A model generated the notes under the pieces. That model was not told the origin of the DNA and ran no database searches. It saw nothing but the letters and a program-made list of their open reading frames with translations. DNA of 64,000 bases from Macrostomum lignano. Lineage: Eukaryota. The translations under genes were made by a program, and so were the position numbers. Below are positions 12,801 to 25,264 of the stretch, piece by piece (position 1 is the stretch's first letter; the number at the start of each line of letters is the position of its first letter). Location of the stretch: positions 186,001 through 250,000 of the forward strand of contig NIVC01000001.1 of the NCBI GenBank assembly GCA_002269645.1, written 5' to 3'.

Positions 12801-13939
12801 TCAATCAGAGGATTTGGGATACGATGGGGATCAATCTGGGGATTAGGAAGACAAGGGGGATCAATCAGAGGATTTGGGATACGATGGGGACCAATCTGAG
12901 GATTAGGGGTTGATGATTCGAAAGATGACAAGTAAAAGACATAAAATCTGGGAGTTGTAGATAAGACAGGGGATTAAGGGAAAACTCACGGACAGCACTG
13001 CTCTTGGAGCGCACAAAATAAAAGCTTTCATCTTACCCGAAACCCTGCGCCAGGCGCCTCAGCGGCGCCAACGTCACCCGAGCCGAGCGCCGAGCCGACA
13101 GAGTCGTTGCTAGGCAACCGAAACGACGCCTGCGCCCCAGCAGCCGAAGACGCAGGAACGGGGCCACCGGCTGAGGAAGAGTTACCCTCGTGCGGCACGG
13201 TGGTCATGTACTTGTCCCGTTCAATATGATGGAAATACTGCAGCACATCGAGCACAGCCTGTGGATTCTGCTGCTGTTCCTGCTTGCTAATATTCGAGGT
13301 CTTCAATAAGTTGTTCCACACCTCAGGCATGCCGGTGAACTCCTGCCTATTGTGATCGTAGCTCACGTGCATTGTGTGCTGGAAGTTGTGCGGACTGGAA
13401 ATGCTCGGCTTTGGCGCGTCTTTCAGCATGTTGAGGGCCGCCGCCGCCGCGGCTGATGAAGGCGAAGAGGCCGCGCCTCCAGATGAGGATTTGCCGCCGA
13501 AGAAGGAAATCTTCTCCTTCTTGCCGCCGCTGCTGCCGGACTTGTCCTTGGCCTTGCTGGATTTGCTGCCGCCGCTGCCCAGGCTGCTCGAGGAGCCGCC
13601 GCCCCATTTCTTCTGGTCCGGGGTGTGCGGCAGCGGCTTGCTTGGCGGCGGAGGCAGGGCCTGCTGCTGCTGCTGCTGGCTGGCGGGACTCCCGCCACCG
13701 ACTAAGCGCGAGCTGCTGCTGGCGAGGCGCATCGGCGGCGCCGGCGGTCGTTCATCGGCTTCGGACTGCTGGTGCCAGCGCTGCGGCTGCTGCTGCTGCG
13801 GCTGGAACTGATGAAGCTGGCCCGGCTTATAATGATGAAATTGATGCGGCGTCCGACCGCCGCCTCCGCTGCCTGTGGCGCTCATGCCGCTGCCGCCGCT
13901 GCTGTGCGAATGGGCGGCGTCATTTTGGTGGCGGTGCAT
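9824..13939 (-). CDS. PAK: Group I p21-activated kinase (PAK1-3-like), about 715 aa
   Basis: Exons 13939-13037, 12424-11620 and 10263-9824 with GT/AG ends sum to 2148 nt in frame. Motifs: [13 protein letters not shown] ([13 protein letters not shown]), [45 protein letters not shown]. Confidence 0.96.
10290..10620. repeat. 29/35-bp minisatellite at the acceptor end of PAK intron 11619-10264
   Basis: Unit GTACAGCTCTGCGATTCTCATATGGGGTT(GTACAT). Confidence 0.95.
11190..11550. repeat. 26-bp minisatellite near the donor end of the same PAK intron
   Basis: Unit CACCGGTGAATAGGGACAGGTAGAAG. Confidence 0.95.
12470..12905. repeat. 30-bp minisatellite filling PAK intron 13036-12425
   Basis: Unit GATTAAGAAGACAATGGGGATCAAGCTGAG and variants. 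Confidence 0.95.
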
Positions 13940-13964
13940 GCATGATTTTGGGAATGGCTGCGAT

Positions 13965-14827
13965 GTGTCAGCAGCTGCGGAACCCTGAGGGTGGAGAGTC
14001 AGCAGCTGTGGAATCCTGAGGGTGGAGAGTCAGCAGCTGTGGAACCCTGAGGGTGGAGGGTCAGCAGCTGTGGAATCCTGAGGGTGGAGAGTCAGCAGCT
14101 GTGGAATCCTGAGGATGGAGAGTCAGCGGCTGTGGAATCCTGAGGGTGGAGAGTCAGTAGCTGTGGAATCCTGAGGGTGGAGAGTCAGTAGCTGTGGAAT
14201 CCTGAGGGTGGAGAGTCAGCAGCTGTGGAATCCTGAGGGTGGAGAGTCAGTAGCTGTGGAATCCTGAGGGTGGAGAGTCAGCAGCTGTGGAACCCTGAGG
14301 GTGGAGAGTCAGCAGCTGTGGAACCCTGAGGGTGGAGGGTCAGCAGCTGTGGAATCCTGAGGGTGGAGAGTCAGCAGCTGTGGAATCCTGAGGGTGGAGA
14401 GTCAGCAGCTGTGGAATCCTGAGGGTGGAGAGTCAGTAGCTGTGGAATCCTGAGGGTGGAGAGTCAGTAGCTGTGGAATCCTGAGGGTGGAGAGTCACTA
14501 GCTGTGGAATCCTGAGGGTGGAGAGTCAGTAGCTGTGGAATCCTGAGGGTGGAGAGTCAGTAGCTGTGGAATCCTGAGGGTGGAGAGTCAGTAGCTGTGG
14601 AATCCTGAGGGTGGAGAGTCAGTAGCTGTGGAATCCTGAGGGTGGAGAGTCAGCAGCTGTGGAATCCTGAGGGTGGAGAGTCAGTAGCTGTGGAATCCTG
14701 AGGGTGGAGAGTCAGCAGCTGTGGAATCCTGAGGGTGGAGAGTCAGCGGCTGTGGAATCCTGAGGGTGGAGAGTCAGCAGCTGTGGAATCCTGAGGGTGG
14801 AGAGTCAGTAGCTGTGGAATCCTGAGG
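13965..14827. repeat. 31-bp minisatellite upstream of PAK exon 1, probably intronic
   Basis: Unit CCTGAGGGTGGAGAGTCAGCAGCTGTGGAAT, about 28 copies. Confidence 0.95.
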
Positions 14828-16251
14828 GCATGTGAAAGCGAACCACAAGGGGGGGGGCTCAGGGTTGAATGATTAGGCTAAAGGATCTCAATAATTATTA
14901 TTTTAAATTTCCCACTTAATCTCACCATGTTTGAGCAGCCGCACAGCATTGCATGTGCATGAATAGACAAGAGTTTTTTTATCACTTAGAATATTTTTTC
15001 CCAATTTCTGTTACTCTATTTATTGACACAAAAAGTCAGGTGAGAAGCGCTTAGTATTAATAAGATTCATAGCCACGACTCTGCCGTCATAGGAAATAGG
15101 AAATCAGTCAATATAGTAACTGTGAAAACTAGCCAAATAGTAAACTCTCTCTCTGTGTCCATAGAATTCGGCCATGCGCACTTCCTATCCAATGTAATTA
15201 TCAATGCAAAGTGCTAACCTGCAGTCGGAAATTAATTAATACAATGATCACACCTTTTAAGATTTCCTGTGCTTTAATCATTAATAGGCCAGGGAAAAAT
15301 AAATTTTTATCACAATACTTTTGCTCAATACTACTTGAAGTGTCATGAAACATCAACTTTGGCATCTGGAATTTTGATTCCCAGATGCCAAAATAAAACT
15401 TCATTGGACCAAATAGACTCAGTAATACAAATGGTAGAGTAGAGATATTGCTATTTTATATGAAAATGTTATAGAAAAAACCCTTTATGGCTAATAATTT
15501 GGTTAATTATGTATCTTTTTGCCTATGCTATTTATAGCAGAAAATTGATATGCACAATTTTCTTAAATGCCTTATTAGGATAAGGATCTTAAAAACTAGA
15601 AAGCTTAAAATTTATACTATTAAAAATGAACTTTCTAATCTTTTTTCCTCTTAATATTAACTCTTCCACATGATTCTATAAAGTGTATACTAGTACTAGG
15701 TCAGTCAAGGTATATATGCAAACTATTTTCTTAGGAGTAATGTATACCAATTGTAAACACCAATTTTTAGGGCGTATACCATAGTTTGGATCATGCTGGG
15801 TGCATGCCCAAACAAAAACTGACTAATTACAAATGCATGCTAAAAAAATTTAGTGCATGCCCATTCTTAAAAATATGCTGATGTTGCGACAATAAATGAC
15901 CTTTTTTTAAATTGCATAATAGACATTTTTAGCAAATAATTTTGGTTGATTTTTATGCTTTTTCAGCAATACTAGGCCCTATTTACAGCAAAAAAATGAT
16001 ACCTGCAAAAATTTGTATAAATGCTTTTTACAAGCTTAAAAATGAACTTTTTTCATCTATTTTCTACTTCATAGTAACTCTTATGTGTGATTCTATAAAG
16101 TGCATACCAGGTATGCATGTATACTATTTTCTCTGCAATGATGCATGCAGAGAATTGTGACCAATTGTGCATACTTACTTTTGGCATGCAAGGCCAATGC
16201 ATGCCCAAATTTTTGGGTATAGGCCTATACTACATGATTTGGAGTGTGGGA

Positions 16252-19200
16252 TAGGGGTTGCAATCCTGGGATCCCAGGATTTAGACATTTTTCAGGATTA
16301 TGGGATCCCAGAATTGGAAGTCAGGATTATGTCAGGATTTGGGATTTAAATATTGAAATATGAAAAATAGAAACTAAGTTATTGAAATAGTAAAAAGCAA
16401 GATATTATGATTAATTTATGATAGTATGGTATATGTACATGTGCATTGTGCTATGCACTATGTAGTGTGCAGTCCAGGAAGATAGCAGGGATAGATAAAC
16501 TCCAATTGTGGTCATTGGTCAAACTTAAAGGCATCAATAGCAGGCAGACCCTGGCTCCTAGGACAGGGAGAGAAATGAAACTTGCTAAGATAGACTGGGG
16601 TAGGGTCTGGGCTCTAGGTATATGATTGGGTTTGGCTAGGTGGGCTAAAGGGGAATAAGAGCTTTGTGTATGTATGTACACCATAGTATATATACACTTT
16701 ATTGACTTTAACAATCTGCTTTGCCTCTGCATGAGGTGGTGGGTGCAGGGAGGCCTAGAGGGTGGATGGCTTCAGGATAGGGTTGGGCCGCTGCACACTG
16801 AAGGCCCTTTCCCTGGTTGTGTTTTGTTTACCCCAAGTTCTTGTTTCTCTTCTTATTTAGATCAAAGTGGAACTTGGAAGATCAATAAGTTACTTGATGC
16901 TTGATGGATATGATTAGTGTTCCGCCATAGTCATAGCTATGGCTATGGGATCCTATGGCAAATATGGTAAAATAGGTGCCTACAGCAGCTATGGATATGC
17001 CTATGGTAGATAGCTGCTCTTATGGCTACAACTACGGAAATATGGTGGTTGCTGTCATATTCTATAGATTTGGCTGCAGCCATAGTTATAATTTTTTTAA
17101 ATTAAAAAAGTATTAGAAACAGGTAAAATAAAACAAAGATACTTTAGTAAAGTGTATCATAGTTTACAAAATTTTAAAAACACTAACAAATTTCAACTCT
17201 AATCCATATGAATAAGGTCAGTTTGTTTGGTGTATCACCAGATTATTTGGTATAGTCAACTATGAATGTATTAACAAATATACTTTATAGTTTAAACTTT
17301 ACTATAGAAAAAAAGTTCACTAGGTGCTAGTTTGCTCATTGTATTGAATATATATATATATATTTTTATTTTATTAAAAAACTTTCTTTTGTTGGATTAA
17401 GGTTAGTTAATTTGGAATCATGGTTTTTAGTATAAATAAACAAATATGGCAAATAAATGCTTTCTTAGTGTTTCCTCTGCTTTTATACATGTTTTTGTAT
17501 TGTTGGTAATAAAACTTTTATGTTTGACACTGCTAGTTTGCTGAGTTTTTTTTGCAAAAAAATGCTTTTCTTTGCAGTCTTTTAAATGACCTTTGTAGTT
17601 ATTCAAGTACCAAGCTTATACCTTTCTAATTTAAAGTACTTTATTTCCAAGAATTTTTGTCAAAACTACAGCTACGGCTATGGCTATGGGAATATGGTAA
17701 TATTGGAGTCCTTACGGCTACATAATATGGAAAATCGGAATAAGCTGTAGTTTTGCTTATAGCTATGGCTATGGTACATGGACCCTTCTTATGGTGGAAC
17801 ACTAGATATGATATAGTTGTATGATACAACTTTTGACTGAAACGAAAAATTTATATGGGTTTTTCCCATATTAATCGTTTCCTTCTGCCAACAGTTCAGG
17901 AAGACAACGAACAATGGACCTCGATGGTAACTTTCTCTGTGTGATCTCTAGAGTCACATTCTCAAACTTCAGGCGAGGATCTTTCCTCTTCAATCAGTAT
18001 ATTTTATAAGCTAGCACACTGTACGCGAGCAACGAGGAATAGGAGCAGTAGGGAGAGAGAGTGGGATTTCGAGGCCCAATAGGCAGTGTCGGTCAGAGGT
18101 TGTGCATGCATCACGCGAGGGTCGCATGGCTGGGCTTCTTGCTCGCCGATCATCAAGACTATTTTTAGGCATGCAGATCTTGTGCATCTGGGGAGTTGCT
18201 GCCAAGGCTGGATGCTTGTTCACGCATCACGCGCGTGTCGGCTGATTTCTCCCATCCTCTTGCTAACGGCGCTTTCGTTTCACTTCAGTCGCTCTTTTTT
18301 CAGGGAAGCGAGGCCCTCCGAGCTCTGTTGAAAATAAGCTTGGAGCAATGATGACATGGAGTACAGTTGTGCATTTGCTTGCGATACGCAGTCCCACTTG
18401 GTAACTTGCAGTTGAGTTGATGTTGTTGAAACACGAAACTTGGTCAAGGGGCAAAGTGAACTTGTGACAACAGTGGATGAATTGTACCAGCATATCCTCC
18501 TGACTATTTAATCAGATCTGAGAGGGGGATTCACGTGAACTCGGAAACTCGACAAATTGAATGGGCTTTTCGATGCCCTAAACAGTGACGCAAATAGGAC
18601 TGGACACGGAGACTCGACAAATTGAAACAGCGTCTGGTAGACAGTCAGATCGGGATGCTGGCTGAAGGTACATTGCAGTTAAATAGGACGTCAAAAAATA
18701 CCGTCTTGACCAAATTGATTGTGTAGATCTCTCAACGAAAGTTTCTTCTTGGAAGGGTAAACTGCATCGCTTCTTGATCTTCGTCCATTGGTCTTATCTA
18801 GTTCGAAGTTTTCCTTTACTGAAGGCAGGAAAGTCTCAGTTCTCGATTTACTCGGATGGCTGTGGAAGACATGCAGCAGAGCGATAACTGCATGGTGTCT
18901 GAGACTTCTGTCTAGCGGCGACTCACGCGGTCAGTGGAACCAATTGAAACAACAATTTATATGGCTTTTTCCCATATTATCGTTTCCTTCTGCCAACAGT
19001 TCAGGAAGACAACGAACAATGGACCTGATGTTAACTTTCTCTGTGTGATCTCTAGAGTCACATTCTCAAACTTCAGGCGAGGATCTTTCCTCTTCAATCA
19101 GTATATTTTATAAGCTAGCACACTGTACGCGAGCAACGAGGAATAGGAGCAGTAGGGAGAGAGAGTGGGATTTCGAGGCCCAATAGGCAGTGTCGGTCAG

Positions 19201-19773
19201 AGGTTGTGCATGCATCACGCGAGGGTCGCATGGCTGGGCTTCTTGCTCGCCGATCATCAGGACTATTTTTAGGCATGCAGATCTTGTGCATCTGGGGAGT
19301 TGCTGCCAAGGCTGGATGCTTGTTCACGCATCACGCGCGTGTCGGCTGATTTCTCATATCCTCTTGCTAACGGTGCCTTCGTTTCACTTCATGACTATGA
19401 AGACTGAACTCAACTCAGAACACTAAATCTATGATGTGACAGCAATATGGTGCTATTGCTATGCAATGAAAGCTAAAGTTGCTAACATTTTAACCATGTA
19501 GAAAATAAAAGTAAAAAGTAAAAATTGTTTATTAGATTGCATTTTGTTCTTCTTGAGTTCTTTTATTAATTTTTTAATATTAAGCAAGAACAATTGGGAG
19601 CAACAAGCAAGCTAAATGGTGTTAAAAACTTGAAAATGCACAAATGGGATGCTTGTTTTGTCACAAAAATCAGAATTTATAACATGATCAAGGTAGACTA
19701 AGAGGAAATCTCCAATCCTAAAGTCAATCCTGGGATCCCAGGATTGAAAAAAGCTGGGATTTTGCAACCCCTA
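16252..19773. mobile_element. Non-autonomous hAT-type DNA transposon, 3522 bp
   Basis: Termini TAGGGGTTGCAA...TTGCAACCCCTA; 8-bp TSD GTGTGGGA (16244-16251 and 19774-19781); subterminal GGGAT/ATCCC repeats; no transposase recognised. Confidence 0.88.
17838..19391 (-). mobile_element. Small non-coding LTR retroelement (TRIM/LARD-like) nested in the hAT
   Basis: Near-identical TG...CA direct repeats 17838-18287 and 18945-19391; 4-bp TSD TGAC; PBS TGGTTCC(A)CTGACCG 2 nt inside the 5' LTR on the minus strand; purine tract GAAAAAAGAG before the 3' LTR. Confidence 0.85.
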
Positions 19774-19844
19774 GTGTGGGATGTATAGGCCTACTATATG
19801 ATCTGGAGTACAGCCTTTTTGCTATATATATAACTTGTTATATA

Positions 19845-20407
19845 GGGAGCACAAGAAATGCCTGCAGACGAATTGCCAGCCAAGATTTGCCCGCCAGCTT
19901 TTCCTACCAAGATTCACCAGCAGTGCATTTTGCCCGTAAGTGAATTGCCTGTGGAGATTTGCCTGCAGTGCAATTTGCCTGCGAGTAAATTGCCCACAAG
20001 CGAGTTGCCCACCGAGTTTTTTTCCTGGCAAGGTTTGCCTGCAATGCTTTTTCCTGCAGCGCATTTAGCCATGCAGCAGATTTTGTCTGCATTGCTTTCC
20101 TAATGCTTAGTACGTGTTAATCTTAATAAAGAGATTTACACAATCAAAACATTTTGATAATAACTGCATATCAAATGCATATTTTTTTAGGGGAGGGGGG
20201 CAATGTAGACAGAATCTAGCTGCCAAATGCATTGCAGTAAAAAAGCATTGTGGGCAAACCTTGGTAGGAAAAAACTCGATGCTGGTGGGCAATTAACTTG
20301 CGGGCAAATTGCACTACAGGCAAATCTTGGCAGGCAATTCTCAGCAGGCAAATCTTGGCGGGCAAATCTCGGTGGGCAATTCGTCTGCGGGCAATTCTCA
20401 TGGACCC
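19845..20407. mobile_element. Foldback/MULE-like MITE, family 1 copy a
   Basis: Ends GGGAGCAC...ATGGACCC; arms of TTGCCCGC-type subrepeats; 9-bp TSD TGTTATATA/TGTTATATG. Confidence 0.85.
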
Positions 20408-20900
20408 TGTTATATGTGATATAGAACATTTTAAAATAAATCTATATGCATTGCAGATTGCTATAAATAAAATATATAAATACTTAGAAAAGAATCATAA
20501 TAATTTAACAAGGCATCTATTCTATTATAAGCTAAGTCTAAAGTTCTATACTTTATAGGCCCTACCCCTACTAAGTTTTATAGGGCCTGTGTTTGTACTT
20601 TTTAATGCTTGATACAAAATTAACCTATTACTTTAATAAGATGTCAATTTTTTACACTTAGTGAAGCCTTTATGAGTCTATTTTATTAGAAATTGAAAAC
20701 ATTTGGTATTGGGGGTCTAAAATCTGGATGACAAATCCTGGATCCAAAATTTAAAAGGCCAATGATATCAACTATAATAAAGCCATTTAAAAATAAAAGA
20801 CAGAAATGAAAGGCACAGAAATGACATAGCCATAAATAGGACTAACGCCAATATATTTAAGTTATAATACCGAATAAATTAAATTATTTAAATAGATTTC

Positions 20901-23900
20901 ACGCATTTGTTTCCCCATTGATATTCGCATTGATATTCAAATTTTAACAAAAGCAAAATACTAAAAGCAACCCGTAGCGTGAAACTTTACACAGAGTAAA
21001 CTGCAACCGTGAAACGACTATTGGTCAAGTTTCAGCTCGATATGTAACTTTGGCTCTGAGCAGGAGCGATTTTCGATGTGTTCCATTTAAAATACATGTG
21101 ATTCCAAAATTCATATTGATATTCGAGTACAGGTACTTCTGCTTCACCGATCTTGATGAAACTTTACACAGAGTAAACTGCAACCGTGAAACGACTATTG
21201 GTCAAGTTTCAGCTCGATATGTAACTTTGGCTCTGAGCAGGAGCGATTTTCGATGTGTTCCATTTAAAATACATGTGATTCCAAAATTCATATTGATATT
21301 CGAGTACATGTACTTCTGCTTCACCGAGCTTGATGAAACTTTACACAGAGTAAACTGCAACCGTGAAACGACTATTGGTCAAGTTTCAGCTCGATATGTA
21401 ACTTTGGCTCTGAGCAGGGGCGATTTTCGATGTGTTCCATTTAAAATACATGTGATTCCAAACAACAACAACAACAACAGAGTACGCTGCCAGTTCGCAA
21501 AAGCAGCGTCAGATGGCGCGCTTCGAAGCTTGGGCGCGAACAAAAGCCGCACCGCCGGCAGAGTCCGGGGCGCCGGCGTCAGCCAGCAGACAGTCGACGT
21601 AGCGCCGAGTCCTCGCCTGTCCCCGCCGGTAGGGTGCCTGCAACGTAAGTAGCAGCACCTCCTGCACCGGCTCCGGACAGTAGGCCTCGGCGCGGATGAC
21701 GTGGCCTGCCAGCTGGAGTCGCCGACGGCGCAGCAGATCGCTAGGACGGGCCAGGCCGGCGCGATGATAGAGCGCCGTGTTGGTGACTCGCTCGTTGCCG
21801 ATCTTGAAGGCGGCGCGCAGCAGGCCAGCGTGCGCCGCGTCGACTTGAGCCTCGAGCGAGTCTGTCAGCGTCCAGGTCTCGGCGTTGTATAACAGGACGG
21901 TCTCGATCACCGCCTGGAACAGCGCCGCCCTCTGGCGGTCCGGTAGGGCCTCGGACTGCAGGACTGACCTTATAGAACGAAAGGCAGCCCAGGCAAGTCC
22001 TCGGCGACGCCGCAGATCCTCGCGGACGTCGGGAACCAGACCGCCGAGGTAGACGAACTGCTGACATCTTGGAAGCTCACTCGCCTGTCCGTCAGCGCCT
22101 CGGCAGAAGATTGCAGCCTCGGTGTCGTCCGGCACGCATAGCACGACGGTCTTCTGCGTGTTGACCACCAGGCCGACGCTCGCCGCAACGGCAACCAGCC
22201 TATCCAGCTGTCGTTGGGCGCCCTCGACGGTCGAGGACAGCAGGGCGAGGTCATCGGCGTAGCCAAGCACGCTGAGCCGTCTCTCCGGTTGGCGTCGACC
22301 CACGCGTCGCCGCAGCAGGAAGCCGTCGTCGTTGGAAGGCAGAGCAGTCCGTAGCACCCAGTCAAGCACCAGAATAAATAGGAACGGCGCTAGCGTATCT
22401 CCCTGGAGCACCCCGGAGGATGTCTCGAAGAAATCCGATAGGCCGTCCGGTGTTGAGACAGCAGCCGTCGTGCCGTGGTACAGCGCCATGACAGCAGAAA
22501 TCAGCAGCTCTGGCACGTTGTACGCACGGAGCACCTCTGGGAGCGCGTCCCTCACGACCGAGTCGAAGGCCTTCCTGAAATCGACGAAGATCAGGATCAG
22601 GGTCAACTGGCGGATGCGCGCCTCCTCGATGACTCGCCGAAGAGCCAGGATCTGCGTCACTGTGCTGCGATGGGGCCGGAATCCGTTCTGCTCAGGCCAC
22701 AGGTACGGGTCCAGCACAGTCTGTAACCGCGATAGCAGCATGCGGCTGAACAGCTTCGCGGCGCAGGATTGTAGGCAGATGCCTCGATGCTCCTCGAGCT
22801 TGGTGGTGCCCGGCTTCTTTGGAATGGCGACGATGTGCGCCGTGGTCCATTCGTTTGGCGCCACCTCACCGGAAAGCACGCGGTTCATCACTCTGGCGAC
22901 CTCAGTGGCCACGCAGTGGATCCGCAGCGCCTCGGTGGGCATCTCGTCCGGACCAAGCGCTTTGCCGCCCGGCGACTGCCGAGCGAACTTCACAACGTCG
23001 GCTGTGCTGACTGGGGCAACGTTGAAGCTCTCCTCCGCCGGCAACGGCGTCTCCGGCGGCAGCCTCAGATTTTCTGGAAGCGGAGGGGGCGGCGCGTTGA
23101 CAATGGCGGCGAAGAACTCGCGCAGCTCGTACCTGCGCTCATCCGGAATGTCGCCTGCCTGGTTGAGCGCGATGCGCCGCTTTCGCCCCGTCAGAGTGTT
23201 GATGACGGACCAGGCCACGCGCCCTCTGGAATCGGGCCCTGCGGCAGAGACGGCTTGGGTGGCGTCATCGACAGCGGACTGCTGCCGCTGCAGGTAGACA
23301 GCCGCCAGAGCCTCCTCCGCCTCGCGAGTTTGCCGCCCACTCAGACGGAGCCTCTCCAGATCTTCCCTCGCTTCGTCGATCGCGGGTCGTCCTGCCAGAC
23401 CGCTGGGCCGGTCGCATCAGTGGGACTGCTTGCTCCGCATCGGCTCGAACTGCAGCGCTCACCTCCGCGTACTCGGCTCCTCCACGCTTGTCGCCCAGCG
23501 CAGTGACAAAGGCACCGGCAAAGCGACGTAGTAGCGCCGCGGTGGCCGCTTTGGCGGACGGTAGAGCGGGTCCCGAAGCCGAAGGTCGCAGATGAGCAGC
23601 CGATGGTCGGACCGCAGAGCCAGCGGCGTAATGGTGCGGCAGTTGGTGACGCGGCGGCGCACACGAAAGCGCACAAGCACGTGGTCGAGCTGTGCCAGCC
23701 TCCGCGTAGCGTTCCGGCCGCGCGCGTTCCGCCGCCTCCGCTTGCAGCCCACGAAGGTCGCGAGCCTGCCCGGTGACTTGCGGAATCTGGTGTTGGCCGA
23801 CACCATGTCCTGTCTCTCCAGGAAGTCCTCTAGCGCTCCGGAGTTGCCGTTCTCGCGCGCTGTCACAAACAGCGATCGCTCGGACCTACGCAGAACTGCG

Positions 23901-24359
23901 TTCAGGTCTCCGAGAATGACCACTGTGTCACGTTGCGCCATCTCCTCCACCTGTACTCGAACATCAATATGAATTTTGGAATCACATGTATTTTAAATGG
24001 AACACATCGAAAATCGCTCCTGCTCAGAGCCAAAGTTACATATCGAGCTGAAACTTGACCAATAGTCGTTTCACGGTTGCAGTTTACTCTGTGTAAAGTT
24101 TCGTCAAGATCGGTGAAGCAGAAGTAGCTGTACTCGAATATCAATATGAATTTTGGAATCACATGTATTTTAAATGGAACACATCGAAAATCGCTCCTGC
24201 TCAGAGCCAAAGTTACATATCGAGCTGAAACTTGACCAATAGTCGTTTCACGGTTGCAGTTTACTCTGTGTAAAGTTTCATGCTACGGGTTGCTTTTAGT
24301 ATTTTGCTTTTGTTAAAATTTGAATATCAATGCGAATATCAATGGGGAAACAAATGCGT
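20901..24359. mobile_element. Foldback element with arms built of a 177-bp tandem unit
   Basis: Left arm 20901-21460 and right arm 23952-24359 are reverse complements; unit starts at 20984, 21161 and 21338; perfect 9-bp TSD ATAGATTTC (20892-20900 and 24360-24368). Confidence 0.9.
21461..23951 (-). mobile_element. 5'-truncated RTE-clade LINE (partial APE endonuclease plus RT)
   Basis: ILGDLNA, QLDHVL, SDHRLL (APE); QNGFR, DFRKAFDSV, GVLQGDTLAP, YADD, LLYNAETW, LQLAGHVIR (RT and C-terminus); (AAC)n tail at 21461-21478; frameshift between EN and RT. Confidence 0.95.
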
Positions 24360-25264
24360 ATAGATTTCGCTATCGTTGAGTTTCAAAAAGGTATCAATTG
24401 TTGACATTTCAATGAACGTTTTCTGGTTATAACAACTCTTCGGCATTGAATGAGGAGGATCCATTTATTAAGTTCCTCGGACATTGTAAAAGTTTATTAT
24501 TAAGCTGAGCAATCTAATTTGATGAATCATCTTAAAATATCTGCAAGCGGGGATAACAACCTGCCGACCTGGTTAATTTGATTTGAATTTCCCCTCTAAG
24601 TATTCTTAAACTACGATTCCGAAGCTTTAATGCTTTTACTATTACTGCGAGTAGTCATCACTGACGCCAACTATTTTTACTCATTGTCTGAAAAATATTG
24701 TTTTCCAAAACGTAAACATTGGCTTTTTATACACAGCAAGAACTCTTGTGCGTGTGTGTATACCAATTAAGGACGACTTATATAAGTATTTAAGTCGTCC
24801 TTGGTGTATTACGCTGAGCGGTGAGCGCATTCAATTGTTGATGGTTTCGGATTCTCTATGGCTTGACAGGTTAACACAAAGACAATTAATTGAATTAATT
24901 AAAATTTAAAATGTAAATATTAATGTTATACAAGGGGCCTGTCAACTTAAGGCAAAATTGGAGCTCGTGCAACCATATGTACCCAAATGATACGTCATTC
25001 TGCTCACCATGACGCCAGGAAACTCGGCTTGGCAAAAAACGCGATGAAAATTGGACTTGGGAATATTTAGGAGAGAACAAGCAATTGGCCGTTCCGCTGA
25101 ACCAATATCAGGCTAAGGGCTACGACGTGATGAAACTCCTGCTTAGGAAGGCCAAATATTTTATTGTACCTGCTGTTTTAATCACTTAAATCTGACAATT
25201 TGAACAAAAGATTGTTGCGTCTTAATCAATATGATGTTTTGATACTCTAGCTGAGTATACATGT

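Noticed and set aside
8996-12931. Repeat ORFs around PAK (8996-9721, 10179-10704, 11100-11631, 12290-12931)
   Set aside because: Translations of 26-35-bp arrays; the true exons are defined by splice sites and kinase homology.
21050-21652. ORF with a repeated 59-aa unit (MALSRSDFRC...), mirrored at 23902-24210
   Set aside because: It is the 177-bp arm unit of the foldback element (59 x 3); no protein-family features.
22332-23297. 321-aa plus-strand ORF; likewise 54058-54669 and 52190-52762 on minus
   Set aside because: Antisense shadows of GC-rich RT and CCT2 coding sequence.
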